IMG/VR virus record: IMGVR_UViG_3300038365_000078
Coordinates: 1 to 35,628 of that record
Length of the DNA stretch: 35,628 bases
Direction: 5' to 3' (one strand)
Source: a virus
Taxonomy: Duplodnaviria > Caudoviricetes
The notes under the pieces: model-generated
The model's database searches: none
What the model was told of the DNA's origin: nothing
Seen by the model: the letters and a program-made list of their open reading frames with translations, nothing else
Position numbers and translations under genes: made by a program
Shown here: positions 25,621 through 33,578 of the stretch, one piece after another
Numbering within the stretch: position 1 is the stretch's first letter
How the letters are laid out: the number at the start of each line of letters is the position of its first letter

Positions 25621-26397
25621 CTACTCTCCGGTACCCAACAGCCCATAACCAGCTATATCCTGCCACGGATCCTCGTTTCCCTGCTTGCCGTTGGCTACCC
25701 GAAACAGCTTGTCGATGACTCTGATGACTCCTAGCATGTCCCGGTACTGCTCAGGTTTCACGCCATCCGGATATAAAATCTCCAAGATACAGCCCCCGCG
25801 GTTAAAAGCATCACCATACTGTAGGTTTTTCTCATCCACCAGAGCGCCTATGGCTTTACCCAGGGCCTCGTATTTACCTACTACTTGGTACGGGATCGAC
25901 TCCTCGTCCTCCGGCCCGAATCCCTGTTCCCTCTGGGCCAGTGGTTCTTCCTGTGCTACACTATTCCCAGCAGGCTCCGCTTCCTCCCGTTCCGGCTCCT
26001 GGTTCGCGGCCTGCGCCGGTGCGGGGATCGGGGTCTGCTCTTCTCTCTTTAACCATGTTCCTATAGTTCCTACCGGTACCCCAACCTGAATAGAGGCCTG
26101 ATTCATGGACATTCCGTCTTTCATGAGTCTTTTAACTTCCTGCAGTTTTTCCGCTTTATCCTCTCTCGGTTTATTCATGGTATCTTCTCCTTTCTGACTT
26201 TTCGGTGAATTCCAACCTGGCGGAAATGGCTCCTGGGTACCATACCACTCAATACTGCCATCCGGCTGCAACCGTCCCAACCTTACCGTGCTGTCGATAA
26301 AACCCTCCGGAGGCTTGGGTTCTTCAAAAGTATGCGACTTATAGGTGTTGGCTCCGGACAAGAAATCTATGCATTCTATGCCGGTGTCGCGTTTCAT
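25621..26397 (-). CDS. HTH plus acidic/Pro linker plus nucleotide-modification-associated (Nmad1/DUF1599-like) domain protein
   Basis: GMSMNQASIQVGVPVGTIGTWLK HTH; EKNLQYGDAF...DKLFR...EDPWQDIAGYGLL. Confidence 0.7.
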   Translation of the reverse strand: MKRDTGIECIDFLSGANTYKSHTFEEPKPPEGFIDSTVRLGRLQPDGSIEWYGTQEPFPPGWNSPKSQKGEDTMNKPREDKAEKLQEVKRLMKDGMSMNQASIQVGVPVGTIGTWLKREEQTPIPAPAQAANQEPEREEAEPAGNSVAQEEPLAQREQGFGPEDEESIPYQVVGKYEALGKAIGALVDEKNLQYGDAFNRGGCILEILYPDGVKPEQYRDMLGVIRVIDKLFRVANGKQGNEDPWQDIAGYGLLGTGE

Positions 26398-26693
26398 GTC
26401 GGCTCCTCCTTCAATAACCGCTCGACCTCATCCACGCTGTGCACTACTCCGGCTACCGCGCCAGCCGCCTTCCACTTGTTCAGGGTAGCCGTCTGCAGTG
26501 CAGTCACCCGGTTGTTTCCCGGCCGCTTGACTTCCAGGGCCAGCATCCTTCCCTGCCGGCATCCGATTATATCCGGCCACCCGGATTGCCGGGCGTCGCC
26601 CCGGGTCTTGACTGCGTAGCAGCCGGGTTGGGTGTTAAGCCATTTCAGTATCGCCTTGACCACAGAAGCTTCCAGCGGTACCGGTCTATTCAT
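26394..26693 (-). CDS. VRR-NUC domain nuclease
   Basis: GWPDIIG, LEVKRPG, TALQ; PD-(D/E)xK pattern. Confidence 0.9.
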   Translation of the reverse strand: MNRPVPLEASVVKAILKWLNTQPGCYAVKTRGDARQSGWPDIIGCRQGRMLALEVKRPGNNRVTALQTATLNKWKAAGAVAGVVHSVDEVERLLKEEPT

Positions 26694-27501
26694 CAAGATC
26701 ACCTTCCCACTGATTTATAATTTTCCAATGCTCCAGATCAATGGGCCTGGCGGCATATAACATATCTTCCGGCACCAGAAAAGGCTTAATAAAATCAACC
26801 ATAACTTCTTTTTTAGTCCGGGTTGATAACGGATACTGTTTACTTGCCCCCTTGCGCCGATTCCAAACCTGCTCCGCAACGTCTTCCCCAGCCCGTGTAA
26901 GCACTGGCTGCCATAGCGGAAAAGAAAGCTTATGTTTACCGTCTTTAGGAAAATACTGTTCTTCCATCAACCCTTGGCTGATCATGTCATTAATAATTGG
27001 GCCCCGCGGGATACCAAAAATGCGCTGCACATCCTCGAAGGTCGTATAATTTTCATCATGAAAACCGAACCCTATTCTGATCTGCTCAGATGTCTCACTT
27101 ATTTCCCGGAGCCTTTCCGCTTTTTCTTCGCCCAGAGCCGCGGAGAGCGCGGAAAGGATAGATGCATTGGCCGGCAGGGAGTAGGTCCCCGTCTTGCGGA
27201 TACTGGGCAGAACTTCATGGGTTACCCAGCGTTTGAAGGCTTTGGCCTCTTGTTTGTGGCTGCTTAAAATTAAGGTGTATAAACCTGATTCGTTTACAAT
27301 AAGCATGGCCTGGTTGCCGCCAAGGGTGTCTATTAAACAGACACCCTTTTCATCTTCATCAAGCTTACCTACGGTTTGCCGAGCATTGACATAGCCTAAA
27401 ATATCGCAGACATCTTTGCCCACGAACCATGGTTCCCCGTCCTTAATAACCGTCCTTACCGCAGTTTCACGAAATTTAAAAGCTTTTTGAATATCGTTCA
27501 T
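26686..27501 (-). CDS. BRO-N family antirepressor-like protein
   Basis: GEPWFVGKDVCDILG, NESGLYTLIL, AKAFKRWVTHEVLPSIRKTGTY; start revised to MNDIQK behind GGAGGG. Confidence 0.9.
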   Translation of the reverse strand: MNDIQKAFKFRETAVRTVIKDGEPWFVGKDVCDILGYVNARQTVGKLDEDEKGVCLIDTLGGNQAMLIVNESGLYTLILSSHKQEAKAFKRWVTHEVLPSIRKTGTYSLPANASILSALSAALGEEKAERLREISETSEQIRIGFGFHDENYTTFEDVQRIFGIPRGPIINDMISQGLMEEQYFPKDGKHKLSFPLWQPVLTRAGEDVAEQVWNRRKGASKQYPLSTRTKKEVMVDFIKPFLVPEDMLYAARPIDLEHWKIINQWEGDLDE

Positions 27502-27518
27502 ATTACCCTCCATTCTCT

Positions 27519-28004
27519 TTATCCTAGCTGCCGGAGCAGCCGTGTCAGTTTTTCTCTGTGCGGCACCAGGTACCCGTCCCTGGCCTGTTTGTACTCTTCC
27601 TGACTTTGCCACCCTTTTGCGCTCACCTCCGGCTTCATAGCGAATCCTGTATCACTTCTCATTAATCTGGTCCCCATGCAGCGAAATCCGTGCAGGGTAA
27701 TCGCCAGTTCCCGGCTTACCGGCCAGGCCTCGGCCAGCAGCCAGCCCCACCGGTAACTTTCTTCCGGGTTCTCTGCGGCCAGATCCTCCCGCGGGTCCTT
27801 AAAAATCGTAACCTCCTCGTCGACCGGGCCGCGATCCCATTTGCTAACAGGTTTTCGCGGTGCAATCTGCTTTATAAAAACTTCCGGCCACTCGGCGGCT
27901 AAATTAATAATTGGCTTATATGGGCCTTGAGCGAAGTTTTTACCCTTATCCATTCCCGTAGTATCGGGTTTTTTATTACGTTGCGCCGCCTTTGCTAAAG
28001 TCAT
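27519..28004 (-). CDS. Hypothetical phage protein downstream of the origin-like region
   Basis: RBS GGAGGTGA, 161-aa ORF co-oriented with the module. Confidence 0.75.
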   Translation of the reverse strand: MTLAKAAQRNKKPDTTGMDKGKNFAQGPYKPIINLAAEWPEVFIKQIAPRKPVSKWDRGPVDEEVTIFKDPREDLAAENPEESYRWGWLLAEAWPVSRELAITLHGFRCMGTRLMRSDTGFAMKPEVSAKGWQSQEEYKQARDGYLVPHREKLTRLLRQLG

Positions 28005-28027
28005 TTTTTTTCACCTCCCGGTTCTTT

Positions 28028-28338
28028 GATATAGTCCACAAGAGTGGACTATATCTCCCCCGTCTTGGTCTAGCAAGCGCCTATTTATAGGCATTAAAAG
28101 CATATAGTCCACAAACATAGTCCACTCGCTGAAAAATATAAACTATATATACGTATACCCCCCTTACTTTCTCTACCGATTTATAGAAGGTAGGTGTTTT
28201 TGCCCATATGAGATATATATTTGTGGTCTAGTGGACTATATATATAAAAATCGCTCCGTAAGGCCAATTTTTAGGTATTCTTTGTATAGTCCACTGTATA
28301 GTCCACTGTATAGTCCACCTTTTTCTGAGTGGACTATG
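28028..28338. repeat. Iterated (T/C)ATAGTCCAC repeats, probable replication origin
   Basis: About ten copies in both orientations, including a perfect 12-bp inverted repeat (28028-28055) and 3x TGTATAGTCCAC in tandem (28283-28318), around TA-rich tracts. Confidence 0.8.
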
Positions 28339-30970
28339 TTGGCGGGATTTTGACAGCTACAAAATAGGTTTGTTTGCCTAGGTTAAGGTCATACTTACGT
28401 ACTTTGTAACGTATTTTCTCTTCGCCTTCGCGGGTTTCTGTCATTACCTGCCCTTGCTCAGCCCAATCACGTAAGATCCGATTGGGGTTAAAACCACCCT
28501 CGTTCATTGCCTGGTCAAGAACGCTCGGATATACCCAAACAGTAGTATCGTCTTGGAAGCCGTAATGTGCGCCACCCGGAGGATTACCGCCAAAATGCGC
28601 CGCATTGACCGCAAACCAGCTCATAAAATAATTCATAGCCCGGGTGGCCTCATCCATCTCCGCTGTGCTCTCCAGCTGCTGCAGGATGGTGGTGCCCAGT
28701 TCAACCGCCTGCTTATAGGCGGCGTCTTCATCCAATCCGAAAATCCAGGTCGAAGAGTAAAAATCCCCGATCAGGATCGAAGTGATATAGCTCAGGTGGC
28801 TGGCCGCATTGTCCGGGAAGGCCAGTTTCAGATCCTTGTAAATAGTTTCATAATCCTCCTGGAAGGAAAACAGCCCGGCGCCCGCCTCCTGCTCTTTTAT
28901 CACCCGCTGGATAAAAGCCGGCCCCGCAATGCCAAAAACCTTGTTAAGCCGTCGGTGCAGCTGCGCTGCATATTCCTCGTCCGGAATAACCGTGCCGTAT
29001 AATTCCAGCGACCTGGTCTTTACGCCGGCGGAGCTGGAGGTATTGGTGATCGGGTGCTCCCCGTTCATCATAATGATGCTGCGCCAGGTTGAGAACGCCT
29101 GCAGCCCCCCGGTTTTGGTCCCCCGGGCCTTGGATTTTCCCATACTTAAGGTGTATATTATTTCCTCAATTTTGCGCTGGTCCGTACCCACGATCTGCCG
29201 CTCGTCAATGCCCAGGGGCAGGTCGGAGTACAGTGCCGCGGTCCTTTCCAGGCCAACCTTGGTGGCGTTGAAACTACTCATAATGCCTTCCGGATTACCC
29301 CAGATAGACAGGGCCGCTTTCATGGCAGCGGTTTTACCGCCCCGGCTGGGGCCCCAGGTATGGATCACGAAAACCCGCTCACCTATAAGCTCCAGTAAGG
29401 GGCTGGCGAATCCCGCCGCCATAATAAATCTCGCTACCGGGTACTCCCGGATGGGCTTCACTATTTCAACCCACTCCGCCAGGTCACCCTGAGGATGATA
29501 ATGGTTGGCCACGCTTTGCGAAGTATCATCCAGATCCAGAATCAGGTTGTTCTCGGCTCCGGGGAAAAAAGTCTTTCCGGAGCACCAGCCCATATGCTGT
29601 ACGGCCCTTCTGGTCGGAAACTGATTCAGGTTCTCCCGCTCCAAATCAGCCAGATAGCGGACTAAATCCTTTGCGGTAACTGAGTTTACCGGCAGGCCTT
29701 TATTGGCCAGCTGCACTATAGCCGTGTGGCTGAAAATAGTCGCCCGGTCGGTTGTGATATAATGCCAGCCGTTGTCCCGGTAATACCCCAGAGTCATTCT
29801 CTCCTGGCCGGTTTCGATGTTGCGTAAACGTTCGGTTAATATCACCGGTACCGGACAGGCGCAAACGGATTCTACATCCCCGTTATTTATGTGTTTAGTC
29901 TGCCATACACCGTTCTCATTGAGAGTCCATGCCGGCGGTTTGCGCAGTTCCTTTAAAGGCAAGTCCGGCAAGACCTTTTCCAACGGCGCCGGCGGTTCGC
30001 CGGGGTCGGCTATATGTAGTTTACGGTTATCAACTATAGCCTTTTTGACCGCCCGCTCCAGATCGTTCAGATTGATCTTGCCTCTAAACTTTTGTTTAGC
30101 CTTGGCGTACTCTCCGGGATCCTGGTCTTTAATTAGAGCCAGGGCATTGATACTTTCATGATCAAAAACATTTTCCGGAGTGACGCCGGCCAGCTGCTCC
30201 CGGGCTTCTTCAAGGGACTGCGTCTTCTCGGTCCCGGCAGGATATTTCCAGGCCGATTCAATTTTAGTCAAGGCCTCTCCCCGCGGAAAGGGCGGAGTGC
30301 AGGCTGCGGCGGCCTGCAGAACCAATATCTCCGCTTCTTCCTTTTTCATCCCCCGGGCGCGAAGAGAGCTGGCATATTTAAATATTTCCGTGTCCCGGCT
30401 GCCGGCCGGTATCCCTGAGAGAACCTTCCCGGGATCCACTCTGGGGCCCTCTCCTGAAGATGTTTTTACTCCCAGCAGATCCTTGAGCCAGGCCGGGGCC
30501 CAGCGGGGCTGCTCCATTTCCGGAGGCAGCCCCCACTCGTAGATTCCACCTGATGGGTGTATTGACGGCGGAGCCACAATGTATCCGCCGTCGCCGCGCA
30601 GATCCAGTCCGGGCAGCCGCTTAGCGAAATTACGGACTTCAGCGCCCGGATGCTGAAATATATAGTGAGCGCCGCCGCTGCCGGTAACAGCGCAGGTAGT
30701 AGGGGGCAGTTCTTTCCCTTCCAGGCTCTTGCGCCCCTCCGGGCCGTCCACATCCAGGACGATTATCCCCGATATGGCCCCGGTGACGATTCCGACGTTA
30801 GCCTGCGGCCACTTCTTCCACCAGGCGCGGATCTGTTCCTCGCCGGCGCGCACCTTTTGGTATTTCTCCCATTTCAGCGCCGGCTTTTTATCCTTAACTC
30901 GGATCGGAATAACTGACCAGCCTATAGAATTGTAAAAGAGTGCTGCGTCCAATAGCTCGTTGGTTGACAT
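28334..30970 (-). CDS. Bifunctional primase/polymerase (Prim-Pol + PriCT) fused to DUF927/Cch-like helicase
   Basis: NVGIVTG..IIVLDVD, TGSGGAHYIF, DLRGDGGYIVAPPSIH; GSRDTEIFKYA; Walker A GPSRGGKT, LPLGIDE. Confidence 0.92.
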   Translation of the reverse strand: MSTNELLDAALFYNSIGWSVIPIRVKDKKPALKWEKYQKVRAGEEQIRAWWKKWPQANVGIVTGAISGIIVLDVDGPEGRKSLEGKELPPTTCAVTGSGGAHYIFQHPGAEVRNFAKRLPGLDLRGDGGYIVAPPSIHPSGGIYEWGLPPEMEQPRWAPAWLKDLLGVKTSSGEGPRVDPGKVLSGIPAGSRDTEIFKYASSLRARGMKKEEAEILVLQAAAACTPPFPRGEALTKIESAWKYPAGTEKTQSLEEAREQLAGVTPENVFDHESINALALIKDQDPGEYAKAKQKFRGKINLNDLERAVKKAIVDNRKLHIADPGEPPAPLEKVLPDLPLKELRKPPAWTLNENGVWQTKHINNGDVESVCACPVPVILTERLRNIETGQERMTLGYYRDNGWHYITTDRATIFSHTAIVQLANKGLPVNSVTAKDLVRYLADLERENLNQFPTRRAVQHMGWCSGKTFFPGAENNLILDLDDTSQSVANHYHPQGDLAEWVEIVKPIREYPVARFIMAAGFASPLLELIGERVFVIHTWGPSRGGKTAAMKAALSIWGNPEGIMSSFNATKVGLERTAALYSDLPLGIDERQIVGTDQRKIEEIIYTLSMGKSKARGTKTGGLQAFSTWRSIIMMNGEHPITNTSSSAGVKTRSLELYGTVIPDEEYAAQLHRRLNKVFGIAGPAFIQRVIKEQEAGAGLFSFQEDYETIYKDLKLAFPDNAASHLSYITSILIGDFYSSTWIFGLDEDAAYKQAVELGTTILQQLESTAEMDEATRAMNYFMSWFAVNAAHFGGNPPGGAHYGFQDDTTVWVYPSVLDQAMNEGGFNPNRILRDWAEQGQVMTETREGEEKIRYKVRKYDLNLGKQTYFVAVKIPPT

Positions 30971-30973
30971 CTA

Positions 30974-31576
30974 TCAGTCCTCGGGCTTATTCTGATCTTC
31001 GCTAAAGTCTACTGCGGTTAAGGCTTTCAGCAGCGGATTGCTTGCGGCCAGGTTGCTTGCAGCTATCATTACCAGGCCTATACTGTTAAACCAGTAAAGC
31101 GGCCCGGTATTAACATTGGAGCACGGCCCTGTAGGCTCTCCCTCTATCTCATAATCAATGCAGTTTTTATCTATCATCTGGTATTGGTTCTCAGGTATAG
31201 CCGCTATTTGAGATGTCTGCGTGTTCTGTAGCAGCCGCACAGGAGCGTAGCGGTCATCTATGACCGGGGTGACTGAAAATTTAATATTGGACAGTTCCGC
31301 ATTTTTGATGAGGCGCGTTATTGTAGTCAGGCATGTACTGGTTATATTCTCGGCTTCTATGTCTTTCCCGATTTTATAAACAGTATCGGCCGGAGGTAAA
31401 AACCCGGCTAATTCCATTATCAAAGCTTTGACTTTGTTGGGTACAAATTCATTTCCGATACTTACCAGCCATTGTCTGGAAGTTATAATGGTATGATCAT
31501 CAATGTCGGCTATTATAAGTTCAAATTTATGGGCTTCTTTGGTTAATTTGGTCAACTTGGTAAGATTAACGAACAT
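30974..31576 (-). CDS. Hypothetical phage protein
   Basis: 200-aa ORF with RBS AGGAGG, tightly packed. Confidence 0.75.
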   Translation of the reverse strand: MFVNLTKLTKLTKEAHKFELIIADIDDHTIITSRQWLVSIGNEFVPNKVKALIMELAGFLPPADTVYKIGKDIEAENITSTCLTTITRLIKNAELSNIKFSVTPVIDDRYAPVRLLQNTQTSQIAAIPENQYQMIDKNCIDYEIEGEPTGPCSNVNTGPLYWFNSIGLVMIAASNLAASNPLLKALTAVDFSEDQNKPED

Positions 31577-31579
31577 TAT

Positions 31580-32158
31580 TTATTCCTCCTTTATAGATAG
31601 GGCAGCTGCCCCGATTTCCGCGTGCCGTTTTCGGGCAGTGTGCTTTATCCTCTTCAGCTGCCGGGACACATATACCTGATGCCTTCCGATCGTTTCAGCT
31701 ATCACGCCTTGTTTGATGCCCTCTGTGTTCATAGAAAGCAGCGACTTCTCTTCCGGCGTGAAGCCCGTTAACAAGTTTTCAAGTTCCGCCCTGTCCAGTA
31801 TCCGTTTGATTTCTTTCGCAGCGCCGGGATCGGTAAACAGTTCCCCTATAGGATTTCCTGTCTGCATGGCGGCGTCCAGGCTCAAGGCGGCATGACGCCG
31901 CCTGCTCCTACGTTCATTACTACTCATGCTTCTCATTTGCGTATAGGCTAGGGTGCTGAATTTATATTGCCGAAGCTCATCCGACTGACTGTACGCCTGC
32001 ACGGCACGAATAAGCCCCAGTGCGGCAATATCGTAAAAATCATCCGGAGGCAGTTTATATTTATGCAGAAAACTATAGATCAGATTATGATTTCGCTCCG
32101 CGAAGGCTGCCTGCTCCGCTGTTAAAGGAATGGAGTAATCTATTTTTGTTGCGGCCAT
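31580..32158 (-). CDS. Sigma-70-family RNA polymerase sigma factor-like protein (regions 2 and 4)
   Basis: NHNLIYSFL, DIAALGLIRAVQAY, KFSTLAY, LSLDA, QGVIAETIGRHQVYVSRQLKRI. Confidence 0.85.
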   Translation of the reverse strand: MAATKIDYSIPLTAEQAAFAERNHNLIYSFLHKYKLPPDDFYDIAALGLIRAVQAYSQSDELRQYKFSTLAYTQMRSMSSNERRSRRRHAALSLDAAMQTGNPIGELFTDPGAAKEIKRILDRAELENLLTGFTPEEKSLLSMNTEGIKQGVIAETIGRHQVYVSRQLKRIKHTARKRHAEIGAAALSIKEE

Positions 32159-32318
32159 CGGGGACCCTCCTTTCCGGTATGTAATCCGCCCAGGCTACCA
32201 GTTTGCCGGGGCTCATGTAATCGTGTCGGCTGTAGTCCTTACCATTGACTTCTATGCGGCCGCCCCTGTATTTGTCGGGGCGGCGTCTCCACCAGCGGCT
32301 TTTGCGCGGCATAAACAA
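32085..32318 (-). CDS. Small basic hypothetical protein overlapping the sigma gene start
   Basis: RBS-like AAGGATGGTG; fills the gap, but overlaps the next gene by 74 nt. Confidence 0.4.
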   Translation of the reverse strand: MFMPRKSRWWRRRPDKYRGGRIEVNGKDYSRHDYMSPGKLVAWADYIPERRVPDGRNKNRLLHSFNSGAGSLRGAKS

Positions 32319-32333
32319 TCACCATCCTTTTTA

Positions 32334-33101
32334 TCAAAACGGATCGGCTTCATCTCCGCTGTTATAATCAATATCTTCATCATCTTCCCGGGCGGTCTGC
32401 ATATATTCGTCTGCGCCTACAGCCATCTGCCTTGTCATAGCCTTGATGCCCTGCGAATATTCAGCCATTGCCCTGACCTGGTCCGCCGCCAGCTTGCCGG
32501 ACAGACCGAAGACCGCCTGGCTGTAGTTGATACCGCCGGCGTTCTGCGCCTTTTTTAGGCTGACTTTGGTCACCACGCCGTAAGAGCGCAGTCCCCGGGA
32601 CACGATGCGCAGCGCCAGGTAATCGGCAATATTCTTTAGGCTGGTGGGCGGCAGCGTAAGCAGTAGAGGCATAATTTCTCCTTCGCGCAGGATGTAAACC
32701 CGGTGCATGTTTTTGCAGGCTTTGCTGCGGCCGTCTTCAGCGGTACCCCATTGGTTGTACTGGCAGTTGGCGCAGGGGCCGTAATCGCCCCGTTTCCCGT
32801 CCAGGCTGGAACAATCCGGTGCGGCGTTACCTCCCGAATATTTGTCTTTCCAGTACGCATTCACCGGATAGTGGTCGACGATTATGCCGACGATCTCTTT
32901 CTCCGTATCGGGGTTCTCCGGATCGTCGCCGGGAATCTCGAAAGCCAGGCCGCCGCCGCTGGGTATCTTCACCCGCGGGAAAGAAAGCGTCAGACCGTCC
33001 ATTTCCTCCGCCATGGCCTGGCCCATGTTTTCATTCAACGCAGGAAGTTCAAAGTTATCTATGACCGCCAGAGCGGTTCCCTCGTTCTTCTTGGTAGCCA
33101 T
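32334..33101 (-). CDS. Putative ssDNA-binding/annealing protein
   Basis: FPRVKIPSGG, Cys cluster (PDCSS, CANC, ACKN), LTLPPTSLK, acidic tail ending DPF typical of SSBs. Confidence 0.6.
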   Translation of the reverse strand: MATKKNEGTALAVIDNFELPALNENMGQAMAEEMDGLTLSFPRVKIPSGGGLAFEIPGDDPENPDTEKEIVGIIVDHYPVNAYWKDKYSGGNAAPDCSSLDGKRGDYGPCANCQYNQWGTAEDGRSKACKNMHRVYILREGEIMPLLLTLPPTSLKNIADYLALRIVSRGLRSYGVVTKVSLKKAQNAGGINYSQAVFGLSGKLAADQVRAMAEYSQGIKAMTRQMAVGADEYMQTAREDDEDIDYNSGDEADPF

Positions 33102-33116
33102 TCAGATCATTCCTCC

Positions 33117-33563
33117 TTATTTCTTCCGGATCATCACACCGGATTTCTCAAAAATATTCAGCAGGGGTTCAAGTTTCTCAGGCAGCGCACCCTGTTCCTC
33201 CATGGTCTCCTTGGCCCATGCCTTCAGGGTTTGGGCATGAACCTGTTCCTTGACCATGTCGGCCAGGTCGTTTTCCTTCATCCATGCGCAGATTTCAGGC
33301 ATAGTACCGGCCTTTGCAGTAATCTGGTTTTTTGGTACCAGCACAAATTGCCGGTCGGCCCGCACGAAGCTGCTCATTTCTTCGGCCACCATGGCCTCTA
33401 CCAGGGCCGCTTCCGTGGTGTTTATAACCGCATTAACCTCTTTAAGGAAGTCTTCTATGTCCTTTTTCCCTTCGCGCAGCTCGCGCAGTTTATCTGCCAG
33501 ACTCAGCATGTCCAGGGCGTCTATCGTAGAATCTAAGAAAGTATTAAAAGATAATGAACTCAA
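33117..33563 (-). CDS. Conserved phage coiled-coil protein of the replication module
   Basis: TTG start behind GGAGG; VKEQVHAQTLKAWAKE motif. Confidence 0.75.
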   Translation of the reverse strand: MSSLSFNTFLDSTIDALDMLSLADKLRELREGKKDIEDFLKEVNAVINTTEAALVEAMVAEEMSSFVRADRQFVLVPKNQITAKAGTMPEICAWMKENDLADMVKEQVHAQTLKAWAKETMEEQGALPEKLEPLLNIFEKSGVMIRKK

Positions 33564-33578
33564 TTGGGATCCTCCTTT

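Noticed and set aside
28283-28318. Tandem 12-bp repeats as a CRISPR array
   Set aside because: No spacers, repeats too short and in both orientations, no cas genes; better explained as origin iterons
31540-31570. LTKLTKLTK micro-repeat at the start of the 200-aa gene
   Set aside because: Three degenerate 9-mers, in frame; too short and imperfect to imply phase variation
32703-33536. 277-aa plus-strand ORF and the many other plus-strand ORFs in the track
   Set aside because: Antisense shadows of well-supported minus-strand genes, with no recognisable motifs
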